Assembly: GCA_963781035.1 (NCBI GenBank)
Contig: CAWAEN010000004.1
Location: forward strand, 4,304 to 68,303
DNA length: 64,000 bases
Reading direction: 5' to 3'
Source: an uncultured Acidimicrobiia bacterium
GTDB taxonomy: Bacteria > Actinomycetota > Acidimicrobiia > Acidimicrobiales > SZUA-35
Numbering within the stretch: the first letter of the stretch is position 1; each line of letters opens with the position of its first letter. The translations under genes were made by a program, and so were the position numbers. Shown piece by piece: positions 1 through 9,171 of the stretch. The notes under the pieces were generated by a model. The model ran no database searches. It worked only from the letters and a program-made list of their open reading frames with translations, and was not told where the DNA came from.

Positions 1-457
1 AGCGAGATAGTCGACCCCGGCTTGGATCTGATCGAGCTTCTTCTCGATCCCGGCCATCTGCTGTTGAACGGCGACGCCGCTCATCAGACTTGGCAGACTG
101 GTGGCGACTGCGGCGCCCGGCTTGAGGAACTTGAGCTGGTGGACGATCTTCCCGTCGGCATCCCTCAGCACGCCGAGAATGGCCCCACCGGTCTCGATCG
201 GGTCGTAGTTGGCGAGCATCCGCCTTGACTCTTCGGTGAGGTGGAGCACAGCGCCGGTTGCGCTCTGTGATCGCGATCAGGGGGCCTGACGCTGCGAGGG
301 CCGCTTGGACTGCCCTCACGAAGGGTTTCGGAATCAGTTCAGTCACATTGCCGAGCAGCTCGAGGGCCGACGTGTCACCAAAGGCGACGAGATCGCCTGT
401 AGCCAAACGCGCAACATAAACGGGCAGGACTTCTGGGTTCTTCCGCAGTTTTCGCAA
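1..457 (-). CDS. hypothetical protein, 5' part (gene runs off the window start); paralog of 24556..25833; apparent frame change near 265-285
   Basis: Absent from the ORF track because there is no stop in the window. Minus-strand reading from TTG at 457 (GAGAGG 5 nt upstream) gives LRKLRKNPEVLPVYVARLATGDLVAFGDTSALELLGNV. Below about 270 the protein-like, GC3-rich frame is VLHLTEESRRMLANYDPIETGGAILGVLRDADGKIVHQLKFLKPG...QQQMAGIEKKLDQIQAGVDYLA. This aligns by eye with IRHTPSSRLLLEQHGAIPAGGGSFRSMVHDGRGIAGNLDW...VEVAVERVEDKVDHVI of the ORF at 24556. Confidence 0.4.
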   Translation of the reverse strand, partial: MRKLRKNPEVLPVYVARLATGDLVAFGDTSALELLGNVTELIPKPFVRAVQAALAASGPLIAITERNRRCAPPHRRVKADARQLRPDRDRWGHSRRAEGCRREDRPPAQVPQAGRRSRHQSAKSDERRRRSTADGRDREEARSDPSRGRLSR

Positions 458-653
458 GGCAACCTCTCAATCTGTACATCGGTCGGTCACCACAAAGCTG
501 GAGAGCTCCCCGGATTCTTTGGCTGATGGTCGAGGCGATGGAACGCTTTCATCAGGCACTCGACCCTTTCGTCCGCAAGCTCGACTTCTCAGTGGAGTAG
601 GACGCGAGCCGCCTTCGGGGTGTGATGGGTATGGCTGGTCTGTTGGTCAGCGG

Positions 654-2337
654 TCACCGTCGCCGGGAGTGGGCGAGTTCGTCCCAATAGGCGTCGCGGT
701 CGCCGAGTCGCTCGCTGCGAGGCTTCGCCCGCCAGTTGGCGGTGGCGTGTGAGAGTTCGCTGTACATCTGTCGGACCCCGTCGGCGTCGGCGGCGACGTT
801 GCGGCCGGCCGTGCGGGCCATGCCGAGCCCGTGGGCGACATCGAATGCATCCTGGTTGGCGCCGAGGAACACGAACGTCCAGCCGCGATCGCGTAGCCGG
901 CCGATACGGCGGTTGATCGTGCGACCGTCAGTCTTGGATGCGTTCTCGTGGCCATCGGTGAAGATGACGACGAGTTGGTCGGCGTCGTGTGCCCCGGAGC
1001 TCTCGGCAACGTCGAGGAGGCGGTCGATGGCGTCGTAGAGCGGGGTCATGCCCCGGGGTTCGAACCGGCCTGCCATGGTCGGGACCTCTCGCGAGCGGCC
1101 GTCGGTCGACCAGGACGTCGTGGAGGTCCTGGTCGTCGAACTGGACCACGGTGCACGTGAGGTCGGCGCCGGAGGTGCGCTGATCGGCGAAGAAGGCGTC
1201 GAAGCCTCCCTCGACGTCGTCGCGGATCGAATACATCGAGCTGGACCGATCGAGCAGGAACCACAGGTGCGGTTCCCCCTTGGTCCCGGAATCATCCGAC
1301 CCGTTGTCCGGTCGGGCCGCCGATTCGGTTGCGGTGGCTCGTAGGTCTCGAGCGGAGCGGGCGAGACGGCCGGAGCGTTCGGCATGGCTCCAGTGCTCGG
1401 GGATCCACCCGGTGCCGTGGGCGGCGCCGAGGATGCCGCCACCGATCGCGGCGATGGTGTCGCTGTCACCGTCAACGGTGGCCAGCGCGGCCAATGCCAT
1501 CACGGGGTCGTCGATGTGGGTGAGGACGCAGCACAAGACCGAAAGGGTGGACGGCAGCGAAGGATGGAGGCCGAGGCGCTCGAGCGCATCGTGGTCGAGG
1601 GGTGCGGCCAGCCCGGCCTCGAGGTGGTCTCGGATCAGACCGTCGGTGTGAGCGACTGCTTCGCGGATCACGGAGGCGACGGTCGCCGTGGATGGGCGTG
1701 TGGCGAGCATCACGGCGGTATCGGCGAGGAACGCGGCACCTGCGGTGGCCAGGGGAGTGGCGTGGGTGACCGCGGCATCGACGGCTGCGGCGAGCGTGCG
1801 TGCCTCGGGGTCGTTGGCGAACGCGATGGCCGGAGCGAACGCTCGGGTCGCGGCGCCGTTGCCGTAGGAGGCGACGCCGGCCTCGAACCAGGGTGTCCCA
1901 TTGCGCCGGTTCTGGACTGTGGCGAGCACGGCTCGCCCCGGGGTTCGCAGACGGGAGGCCCGTCGGACGATTGCGTCGCTGAGAAGAATCGGCGCCTCCC
2001 ACCCCGCAGTGGACCAGGCGCGGGCGGACTGGAGGGCGAGCTGGGCTTCGGCGAGGGTGCGCCGTGCCGGACCCTCGAGGCGGTGCCGGCGCCGGTCTTG
2101 GGCCCGGTCCATCCAGTCAGAATCGGAGTGGTCGTCTCCGGCGCGGCTTGGGGCGGTCGGGACGTCGGCCCGTCCCAGGGCGTTGCCGACGGCGATGCCG
2201 ACGAGCATGCCGACGGCCCGGTCGTCGGGGAGGACGCCTGCGGCGTCGCTGTGTCGGAGGGGGAGGAGGCCTCGAGCGCTGAGGCTGAGGATGGCGTCGT
2301 GTCCGATGGCGGACTGGAGATCGTCGAGTGCGGTCAT
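654..2337 (-). CDS. ADP-ribosylglycohydrolase (ARH/DraG-like) fused to a C-terminal vWA (MIDAS) domain; frame broken once near 1085-1092
   Basis: ORF 928..2394 read from the internal ATG at 2337 (GAAGGA upstream). ARH-like segments are GMLVGIAVGNALG and DSDTIAAIGGGILGAAHGTGWIPEHW, followed by HLWFLLDRSSSMYSIRDDV (DxSxS MIDAS). The continuation EVPTMAGRFEPRGMTPLYDAI...VVIFTDGHENASK...FVFLGANQDAF lies in the ORF 654..1475 frame (one extra nt). The vWA half is colinear with the stand-alone vWA at 6738..7415. Confidence 0.75.
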
Positions 2338-2381
2338 GATGAATCCTTCGGTTAAGGTCAATATGACAATAAGGGGCAAGA

Positions 2382-2408
2382 CTGTATTTGTCAAATTGAC
2401 AAGAACAG
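2382..2408. promoter_or_regulatory. candidate operator: perfect 15-bp palindrome TTGTCAAATTGACAA (2388..2402) with extended CTGT/ACAG arms, in the AT-rich divergent promoter region
   Basis: Read directly from the sequence. The 76-109 bp spacer between the ARH-vWA start (2337) and the Nudix regulator start (2414 or 2447) is strikingly AT-rich for this genome. A second weaker site, GTCAATATGAC (GTCA/TGAC arms), lies at 2357..2367. Confidence 0.5.
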
Positions 2409-2446
2409 GTACAGTGGATCCGTGCCCACCGACCGACCCGGCCCCG

Positions 2447-3169
2447 ATGTGTCGAACGAGTACGACCCGTCCGCGTTACCCGACCTTCGCCGTGACCGTC
2501 GACATCGTGCTGCTGACCGTCACCGATGGGACCCTCCAGGTCCTCCTCATCAAGCGTGCGGGCGAGCCCTTCCTCGGAGCGTGGGCGCTACCGGGCGGGT
2601 TCAAGACCCCTCACGAGACACTCGATCAGGCCGCCGCCCGCGAGCTCGAGGAGGAAACCGGCGTCGCCGCTCCGGCTCACCTGAAACAGCTGGGTACCTA
2701 CGGTGACCCCGGCCGCGATCCCCGCATGAACGTGGTCACCGTCGCATACACGGCCGTCGTGCCCGTGGCCGCTGCGACATCCGCAGGCACCGACGCGGCC
2801 GAAGCCGAGTGGTGGCCCGTCTCCTCGATCCAGTCCGAGTCACCGGCGCTGGCGTTCGACCACCGCACCCTCGTGCTCGATGCCGTCGAGCGGGCCCGGA
2901 CCGACCTCGAACACACGAACCTGGTGAGCGCCTTCGTCGGGCCGGCATTCACCCTCTCCGAGCTCCAGCAGATCTACGAGGCGGTATGGGGCGAGCACCT
3001 CGATGCGGCCAACTTCCGTCGCGCCCTCAGGGCCAAGGACGAAAGCACCTGGGTCAAGGGCACCGGCCGCCGGCGCCAGAGTCAGAGCGGCGGTGGCCGA
3101 CCAGCCGAGGAGTACGAGCTCGGCGAAGGCTGGGAGAGCGAGCCGCCACCAGTCAGCCGCCCCCGCTGA
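2447..3169 (+). CDS. nrtR: NrtR-family Nudix-related transcriptional regulator (Nudix domain plus C-terminal winged helix)
   Basis: Frame of ORF 1901..3169, starting at ATG 2447 (GTG 2414 is also in frame). The Nudix box GGFKTPHETLDQAAARELEEETGV is intact (Gx5Ex7REUxEExGU). The C-terminal FTLSELQQIYEAVWGEHLDAANFRRAL matches the NrtR-type DNA-binding domain as I remember it. Confidence 0.7.
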   Translation: MCRTSTTRPRYPTFAVTVDIVLLTVTDGTLQVLLIKRAGEPFLGAWALPGGFKTPHETLDQAAARELEEETGVAAPAHLKQLGTYGDPGRDPRMNVVTVAYTAVVPVAAATSAGTDAAEAEWWPVSSIQSESPALAFDHRTLVLDAVERARTDLEHTNLVSAFVGPAFTLSELQQIYEAVWGEHLDAANFRRALRAKDESTWVKGTGRRRQSQSGGGRPAEEYELGEGWESEPPPVSRPR

Positions 3170-5349
3170 ACCGACGCTCCATTGGGAGGCCGGCCGGGGC
3201 CGGCGGGCCGAGTGAGTAGCGACGTATGAGTTCGCTCTGATCGTCGACGCCGAGCACGGCGATCACCCGCTCCGGGGTCATCGTCGTGAATCTGTCGAGA
3301 TCGATCATCGCTGCCGTCTCGCGCCAGCGGCGGTGCATGGACTGGTGACCGGCGGGGGCGGTCAGAGCGACGAGGCATTCATCGAGCTCGCCTGCCTCCT
3401 CCAGGGCGGCGGCAAGGGCGGCGAGGCGCATCGGCTGATTTCGGTGCCGGAACCAACAGCCGGAAGACACCTCGCTGTCGGCACTGGCCGCTGTCGACGT
3501 CGAGATGTGCAGGACCTCGTCGTACCTGCGGCGTTCACCGTTCTCGCGGTTGCGAAGCTGCCAGCACCGGTCGCTGTCGTTGCCGAACGGCCCGTTCTGG
3601 GAGCAGATCTGCCGGCTCTCGGGAGGCGCGGCTTCGGCGTGGGAACAACCGCCGAAACCGGTCTCGGTGAGTTTGACCTCGACGAGCACTCCGACGGATC
3701 GTCGATCGAGGGTGGTGCCGCGGAGGAAGACGTCGACCTGAGTCTTGAACGGACGCGTGGTGGTGGCTTCTCGGAGATGATCGTTGGGGTCGCTCCACTC
3801 GAAGGCAGGCAGTTGCACCGTCCGCATCGAGCCGAACAGCGGTGTGAGAAGGGCTCGGACACCGTCTTCGTCGAGCGGGCCGAACAGGTTGAGGGCGAAC
3901 CGCTGGGAGCTGTGGGCTGCGCCGACGAAGGCGTGCAGGTCGCCCGCGGCGGCGACCTGTTCTGCTGCGCCGGCCGCGTTCGAGAGCAGGCCTGCGAGGG
4001 GGCCGATGTCTTGTGCGTCGGTGGGTGGTGTGAGCTGCGCTGCCGATCGAGTGTGGGCCCGCATGCGATCGACGAAACGAGCTTGGGCATTGGTCGTTCG
4101 GCGATCGAGCACGCGGAAACGCACGTCGTTTCCGAGACCCAGCTCGGCACGGTAGACGCGGAGTGGTACCGATCGAGCCAGATGATCGGCGATGTGGCGA
4201 TTCTTGCGCTGCAGCATCGCTCCTTCGCCGGCGGGGAGGATCACGACCGCCAGGCCCGTTTGGAGCGTGCGGTCCGCGCCCAGCTCCTCGGCGAGCCGCT
4301 CCCGGTTGGCCTCGGCCCAGATCCAGTAGTCGAGTGCCTGGAGCAGAACGGTGGGCTCGGAGCCGCCGACCTTCGTCTCGACGATGTGAAGCCTGCTGTC
4401 ACCGTCGACCCCGAGGAAGTCGATCGATCCGGCGGCCTGTCGCGAAGGCCCCGCCCGTTCCGCCGGGTATTCAGGGACGAGGACCTCGAGACCGAGACGA
4501 TGTGTCGGTGGTATCGACAACATGCGAGCCTGGAAGCGGTGTTCGACGTGTGAATCATCGCTGCCGGCAAGACGGTTGCTGATTGCCTGACGCACCGCAG
4601 CGCGGATCGGTTCGGGGGTCTTGAGCGGACCACCGAGCTCGACCTTGATGCCGCTCCGTTTCGGCGACTTCGAACCCGGCCGGACTCCGGCTTCGACACG
4701 AACCCTGTTGCCCCTGGCTCGGGAAATCTTCAGCACGAGCCGACCGTCGGCTTGCCAGCCGAGATATCCCGGACCGGTGGCTCGAGATGAGGTGCGGATG
4801 ACCGTCGGCCCAAGGGATGACTTCGTCGAGCCAGCCCTGATGTTCTGCGGAGAGCTCGTAATGGCCGGATGCCATCTCGCTCGATCGGAGCCAGTCGAGG
4901 ACCTCGGATCGCGTCGGGATCGGGTGTTCGGTGACAACCGATTTGTTGTGGGTGAAGACCCGACAGTGTTGTTCGATCCACGGGAGCCTGACGAGAAACG
5001 ACCAGTGAGTCTTCTCGGGAACCACGATCACGAGATCTCGCTCTCCGACATGCTCCAAGGAGTAGGCGAGGGCGAGTTCGATGTGCTTTGCCGGCTCGTG
5101 CCCCCCGACGACCACGACGAGCTCATCCTCGGTGGCGAAGAGGACGGTCCGCAACGACACCTGAGTGTTGGGTCGATGGGCGGCGACCAGGCGATGGGGA
5201 AGAGCAGCTTCGGCCAGTCCTGGGGCCGCGAAGCGTGCGAAGTCGTATCGAGCTCGGTGGACACTGCCTTCGACTCCAGCCGAGGCGTGGGGATCACCGA
5301 AACGCCACTGCATCCATTCCGTCGGATGATCCGGTTCGCCCACGCTCAT
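3153..5349 (-). CDS. large (~730 aa) protein with two restriction-endonuclease-like (PD-(D/E)xK) motifs; frame broken once near 4781-4790
   Basis: ATG at 5349 opens the last 264 aa of ORF 4555..6600 (MSVGEPDHPTEW...GHPHLISSHR). The protein continues in the ORF 3153..4937 frame (ATGPGYLGWQADGRLVLK...). Nuclease-like motifs are SHVEHRFQARML...SIDFLGVDGDSRLHIVETKVG (D..ExK) and RSVGVLVEVKLTETGFGGC. I recognise no other domain. Confidence 0.6.
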
Positions 5350-5436
5350 GCTTCGAAGGTAGTCGAGTGCCGTGACAGGGGTTCCGCCTGACACCGCCTG
5401 CTTGACGCGACGCCAGGATCCTGATCCGATCCACCG

Positions 5437-6172
5437 ATGCCGAGCCGAACCGATGACACCGCACGCGTGCTCACGTGGAATCTCGAGCGCAAGCGGCCCG
5501 ACTCGGAGCTCGGCGCGCTGGGTGTCGATCGCCTCTTCGGTCACCAGCCCGACGTCATGGCGCTCACCGAGGTCCGCACCTCGTTCCCCGGTCGGCACGG
5601 GCCATGGCCTGTGGTGCGAGCCGCCGACCGGCGACTGGTTCGCCGAGGATGAGCGCGAGGTCATGATCTGGTCGTCGCAACCCTGGCGCGACGTCGATCG
5701 CGTCGGCATCGATGGACTGGACCAGACCCGGTTCATCTCGGCGACCACCGACACGCCGATCGGGCCACTACGAGTGCTCGGAGTCTGCATTCCCTGGCAC
5801 ATGGCCGAAGTCCAGTACCCCATCGACGTCAAGCGCAGGCCGTGGGAGCTGCACATCCGCTTCCTCGAGCGACTGGCGGAGCTGCTCGCCGCCTCCGACG
5901 TGCCGACGGTCGTCGCCGGCGACTTCAACCAACAGGTCCCTCGCATCAAGTACGGAAACCGGGAGGCAGCCGAGGCCATGGCCGAGGCCTTCCGAACGTT
6001 CGACATCGTGACGCAAGGCCAGCTCGACGGGTGTTCACGTCCCGGCATCGACCACGTCGCCATCAGCTCCCACCTGCAGGCTGCAGCAACATGGGGCTGG
6101 CCCAACATGTCCGAGGGACGACGACTGTCCGACCACGACGGCGCCGCGGTCGACCTCGTCAGCCTGTCGTAG
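5437..6172 (+). CDS. endonuclease/exonuclease/phosphatase (EEP) family protein; frame broken once near 5590-5600
   Basis: The N-terminus lies in ORF 5437..5652 (ARVLTWNLERKRPD...DVMALTEVR). The rest lies in the ORF 5372..6172 frame (PLRVLGVCIPWH, VVAGDFNQ, GIDHVAISSHL, RLSDHDGAAVDL). These match the conserved EEP catalytic motifs. Confidence 0.7.
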
Positions 6173-6273
6173 CTGCGGCTGCCGTTCACCCAGTTGTCAC
6201 AGCAACTGCCCACAGCGCAGGTGAGGGAGAACGGTTCTCCCACGGCGACCACGGAGAGAGGATCGAACAGAGC

Positions 6274-6663
6274 ATGTGGCCTTGGCAGCGCCCAGTGAGT
6301 ATCGAAGCCATCAAGGAAGCAGCCGACTGCTCGACACGCGGGCTCAACGTCTGGATCAACGCCTTGATCTCTCACGGACTTCGGCCGGTCGACGACCAGA
6401 TCCCGCTCTCCCACGCAGTGGCCGTCGGTGCCGCTTTGCACTTTCGATCGAACGGTGTGAGCAAGGCTCGGGCTGATCGGATCTTCAGGCAGCTCTTGCG
6501 CGACCCACCTGACTACGTCGGTTGGGTCCTCGTCGATCACCGGGACCGCTATCCGATCGACCTCGAGCTCCCGCCCATCTCGATCTCCTTGAAGTATCAC
6601 GCTCGCAAGGCACCGATCGTCTTCGATCCGACGCCCTTCATCGAACGGCTCGGCATCGACTGA
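6274..6663 (+). CDS. hypothetical protein (129 aa) with a possible N-terminal helix-turn-helix
   Basis: Internal ATG of ORF 5842..6663; the upstream part of that ORF is Arg/Pro-rich shadow. SIEAIKEAADCSTRGLNVWINALISHGL looks HTH-like. No family recognised. Confidence 0.5.
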   Translation: MWPWQRPVSIEAIKEAADCSTRGLNVWINALISHGLRPVDDQIPLSHAVAVGAALHFRSNGVSKARADRIFRQLLRDPPDYVGWVLVDHRDRYPIDLELPPISISLKYHARKAPIVFDPTPFIERLGID

Positions 6664-6737
6664 CCTCAGCCGGCGTTGCTGTCACGGCTGCGCTCTACAA
6701 GGAGGGTGAGAAGCAACCAACGGCGAGGAGCCCGGCC

Positions 6738-7415
6738 ATGAACGAGAACAAGAAGACAGAGAACGACAGCGCCACCAACGACGTCGTGCACGCACAAATC
6801 GTGCTCGACCGATCGGGCAGCATGACGCCCATCGCGTTCGCGACGATCGACGCACTGAACGGCTTCCTCGCCAAGCAGCGAGTCCTGCCTGGCGTGCTTC
6901 GGGTGACCCTTGCCGACTTCGACAGCCAGGAACCCTTCCGGATCGTCACCGATGCCATCCCCGTGGCAGAGATGGTCGATCTCACCCCGTCCGACTACGA
7001 GCCTCGCGGCGCAACGCCGCTGTTCGATGCGATCGGCCTGGCCGTCGAACGCTGCGACGCACGGGTCAAAGCTGATCCTGATGAAGACCAGGTGCTCGTG
7101 ATCATCACCGACGGTCTCGAGAACGCCAGCACCGACTTCGACGGCCCCAAGATCGCCGCCCTCCTCGAGGCGCGGCAGGAAGCCGGCTGGGCCGTGCTGT
7201 TCCTCGGCGCCAACCAAGACAGCTTCGCCACAGGCCAGGGCATGCAGATGCGGGGCGGCAACGTTCGCAACTTCGCTGCCAGTGATGCGGGCATCCACGA
7301 CGCACTGTCCAAGGCGAGTGACGCAATCATCGATCACCGCACGACCGCCCGCAGTGAACGACGGCTCCTGAAGGACGAACTCTTCGACCGAACCGACCCG
7401 TCAGGCTCACGATGA
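6738..7415 (+). CDS. stand-alone vWA (von Willebrand factor A, MIDAS) domain protein
   Basis: ATG at 6738 with GAGGAG 7 nt upstream. Motifs are VLDRSGSM (DxSxS), VLVIITDGLENAS and AVLFLGANQDSF. It is colinear with the vWA half of 654..2337, and both end with an ...ARSER... tail. Confidence 0.8.
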   Translation: MNENKKTENDSATNDVVHAQIVLDRSGSMTPIAFATIDALNGFLAKQRVLPGVLRVTLADFDSQEPFRIVTDAIPVAEMVDLTPSDYEPRGATPLFDAIGLAVERCDARVKADPDEDQVLVIITDGLENASTDFDGPKIAALLEARQEAGWAVLFLGANQDSFATGQGMQMRGGNVRNFAASDAGIHDALSKASDAIIDHRTTARSERRLLKDELFDRTDPSGSR

Positions 7416-7461
7416 CGGGCACGGGAGTTCACAGGTTCGGTCGACATGACAAGCTGGTCCC

Positions 7462-8136
7462 ATGACTGACGAGGCTCCGCAACTCTCCGACCGCATGACG
7501 GCAGCGTTCGACATGGCCCGCGAAGTGCACAACGGTCAGGCGCTCAAGGAGACCGACCTGCCCTACCTGCTGCACCTCCTCGACGCGTGTTCCATCGCCC
7601 TCCGCCACGGCGCCGACGAGGAGGTCGCCATCGCAACGCTTCTCCACGATGTCGTCGAAGACGGCGGCGGCGAAAGGAAGGCCGACGAAATCGGCGCCGC
7701 CTTCGGCGAACGGGTGAAGCAGATCGTCCTGGACTGTTCTGACAGCCTCGTCGAGGACCCGGCTGGCAAGCCGCCTTGGTGGGATCGCAAGATCCAATAC
7801 CTCGATCACCTGCACCTCGCCACAGAAGACACGGCCATGGTGTCGGCTGCCGACAAGCTCTCGAACGCTCGATCGATCGTGGCGGATGTCACCGAACACG
7901 GTGATGCGTTCTGGAAGAGGTTCACGACCGGCCGGGTGGGGTCGCTCTGGTACTACCGCCGCATCGCCGAGATCCTCCCGAGCCGTCTGCCGGAGACCGA
8001 CCGAGCCCAGCGGCTCGGCCGATCGTTGGAGGCCGCGGTGGCGGACATGTTCAAGTTGGTGAGTGTCGACCAAGCCAAGGCCGACTGGCACGCCGCCTTT
8101 GCCGAGGAGCAACGGGTTCGGGAATCCCTCGGCTGA
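7462..8136 (+). CDS. HD-domain metal-dependent phosphohydrolase (RelA/SpoT-type hydrolase domain only)
   Basis: Intact 224-aa ORF. LLHLLDACSIALRHG...ATLLHDVVEDGG gives the H..HD site, and SAADKLSNARS is also present. There is no synthetase domain. Confidence 0.8.
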   Translation: MTDEAPQLSDRMTAAFDMAREVHNGQALKETDLPYLLHLLDACSIALRHGADEEVAIATLLHDVVEDGGGERKADEIGAAFGERVKQIVLDCSDSLVEDPAGKPPWWDRKIQYLDHLHLATEDTAMVSAADKLSNARSIVADVTEHGDAFWKRFTTGRVGSLWYYRRIAEILPSRLPETDRAQRLGRSLEAAVADMFKLVSVDQAKADWHAAFAEEQRVRESLG

Positions 8137-8265
8137 GCGCCGAGTTGCCAGCTCACAACTGCCCCTGCAACCACCCTCAGCGAGCACTGTCACACCCCGT
8201 GGTCATGCTGGTTCTTGTCTCGCCGCCCGATTGTCCGGGCGGCCCAGGAACCAGGAGGTCGTGAC

Positions 8266-9079
8266 ATGGAAGCGACTCGCCGCAAGATGCTCGAGGAGGT
8301 GATGCGTCGATTGATCGAGGGTGAGCTCGCCATGGTGTGGGCCCTGTCCACCGAGTTCGGTGAGGACCTCGCCCGAGTGATCCGTCGCCACCTCCGCTCG
8401 ATGGGCCGCTCGGAGGTGATCACCGAGCCCGGCCGGGTCGAAGGCCTCGTGATCGACGTTGCGCTCTGGTTCCTCGACCACGGAACCGCATACGACCCTT
8501 CGGCTTCGTTGCCCTGGGTGTGGGCCGACAAGCCGATTCGCTCGCTCGTGGCGGCCGAGATCGGCCATCGCACGGTCGAGTTCGAGCCGGCACTGGCCGA
8601 GGGCGAGGCGCCGTCGCTCGATCCGGCCGTCGTCGAGCTTCGATCCCTGGCCGATCGTGAACCCGACGGTCGCCCTGCTGATCGAAGCCGCCGAGGAGGT
8701 CGGCTCCGCCCGCGACGCCGGCGTCCATCTCGAGTACCGAGTGCAGCTCGCACTCGGGGATCCGAGCCCATCGCATACGGTTGCCGACATGGTCGGACTG
8801 CAAGCGGCGAACATTCGCCAGATCGACACCCGGATGCGCAAGAAGGTGGCTCGCCTGGTCGATGTCGATCGACCGCTTCGGTCCGTTGAAGGAATTGGCA
8901 TGGCTGAAGTGAGCGCTCCGATCGGCACCACCGACGAGTCCCGTCGCCATCTTCTCGAGCAGTTCGCAGAGCGGCTGAACCGTCGAGGCATCAAACGCCC
9001 CGATGTTTCCGCCGTTGTGTCTGCTGCTCGAGCAGAAGCCTTCCTCGCCGAGTTCGAAGCCGACAACGAGCCGGGCTGA
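8266..9079 (+). CDS. sigma-70/ECF-like HTH protein; frame broken once near 8660-8670
   Basis: ATG at 8266 with AGGAGG 7 nt upstream. The ORF 8215..8889 frame is used to about 8664 (VIDVALWFLDHG, WVWADKPIRSLV). The ORF 8459..9079 frame follows (PTVALLIEAAEEVGSARD...SHTVADMVGLQAANIRQIDTRMRKKVARL, a region-4-like HTH). Confidence 0.5.
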
Positions 9080-9171
9080 TCTGGTCGCGATCTCGGCGGG
9101 CCCGCCGGTCAGAAACCGATCCCCGGTGCCGTCGCGGGACTTGTGGCGGCAGGCGCTCGGGATCTCCGGCG

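Noticed and set aside
305-752. The plus-strand ORFs 305..526 and 519..752.
   Set aside because: The minus-strand reading of the same DNA gives a more protein-like sequence that is homologous to 24556..25833. The plus ORFs have no RBS or recognisable motif.
5350-5436. GATCC x3 direct repeats (GGATCCTGATCCGATCC) in the nuclease/EEP divergent region as a regulatory site.
   Set aside because: The repeats are very short and could arise by chance. There is no symmetry or second copy elsewhere in the window.
4555-6600. A 681-aa ORF on the minus strand.
   Set aside because: It is a chimera. Only the last 264 aa (from ATG 5349) look like protein. The upstream 417 aa are a Ser/Arg/Trp-rich antisense shadow of the EEP gene (5437..6172) and of 6274..6663.
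8203-9066. A 287-aa minus-strand ORF across the sigma-like gene, and the 535-aa ORF 8420..10027.
   Set aside because: The part overlapping 8266..9079 is an antisense shadow. Only the 9350-9900 portion of 8420..10027 is real, as part of the DUF1566 gene.
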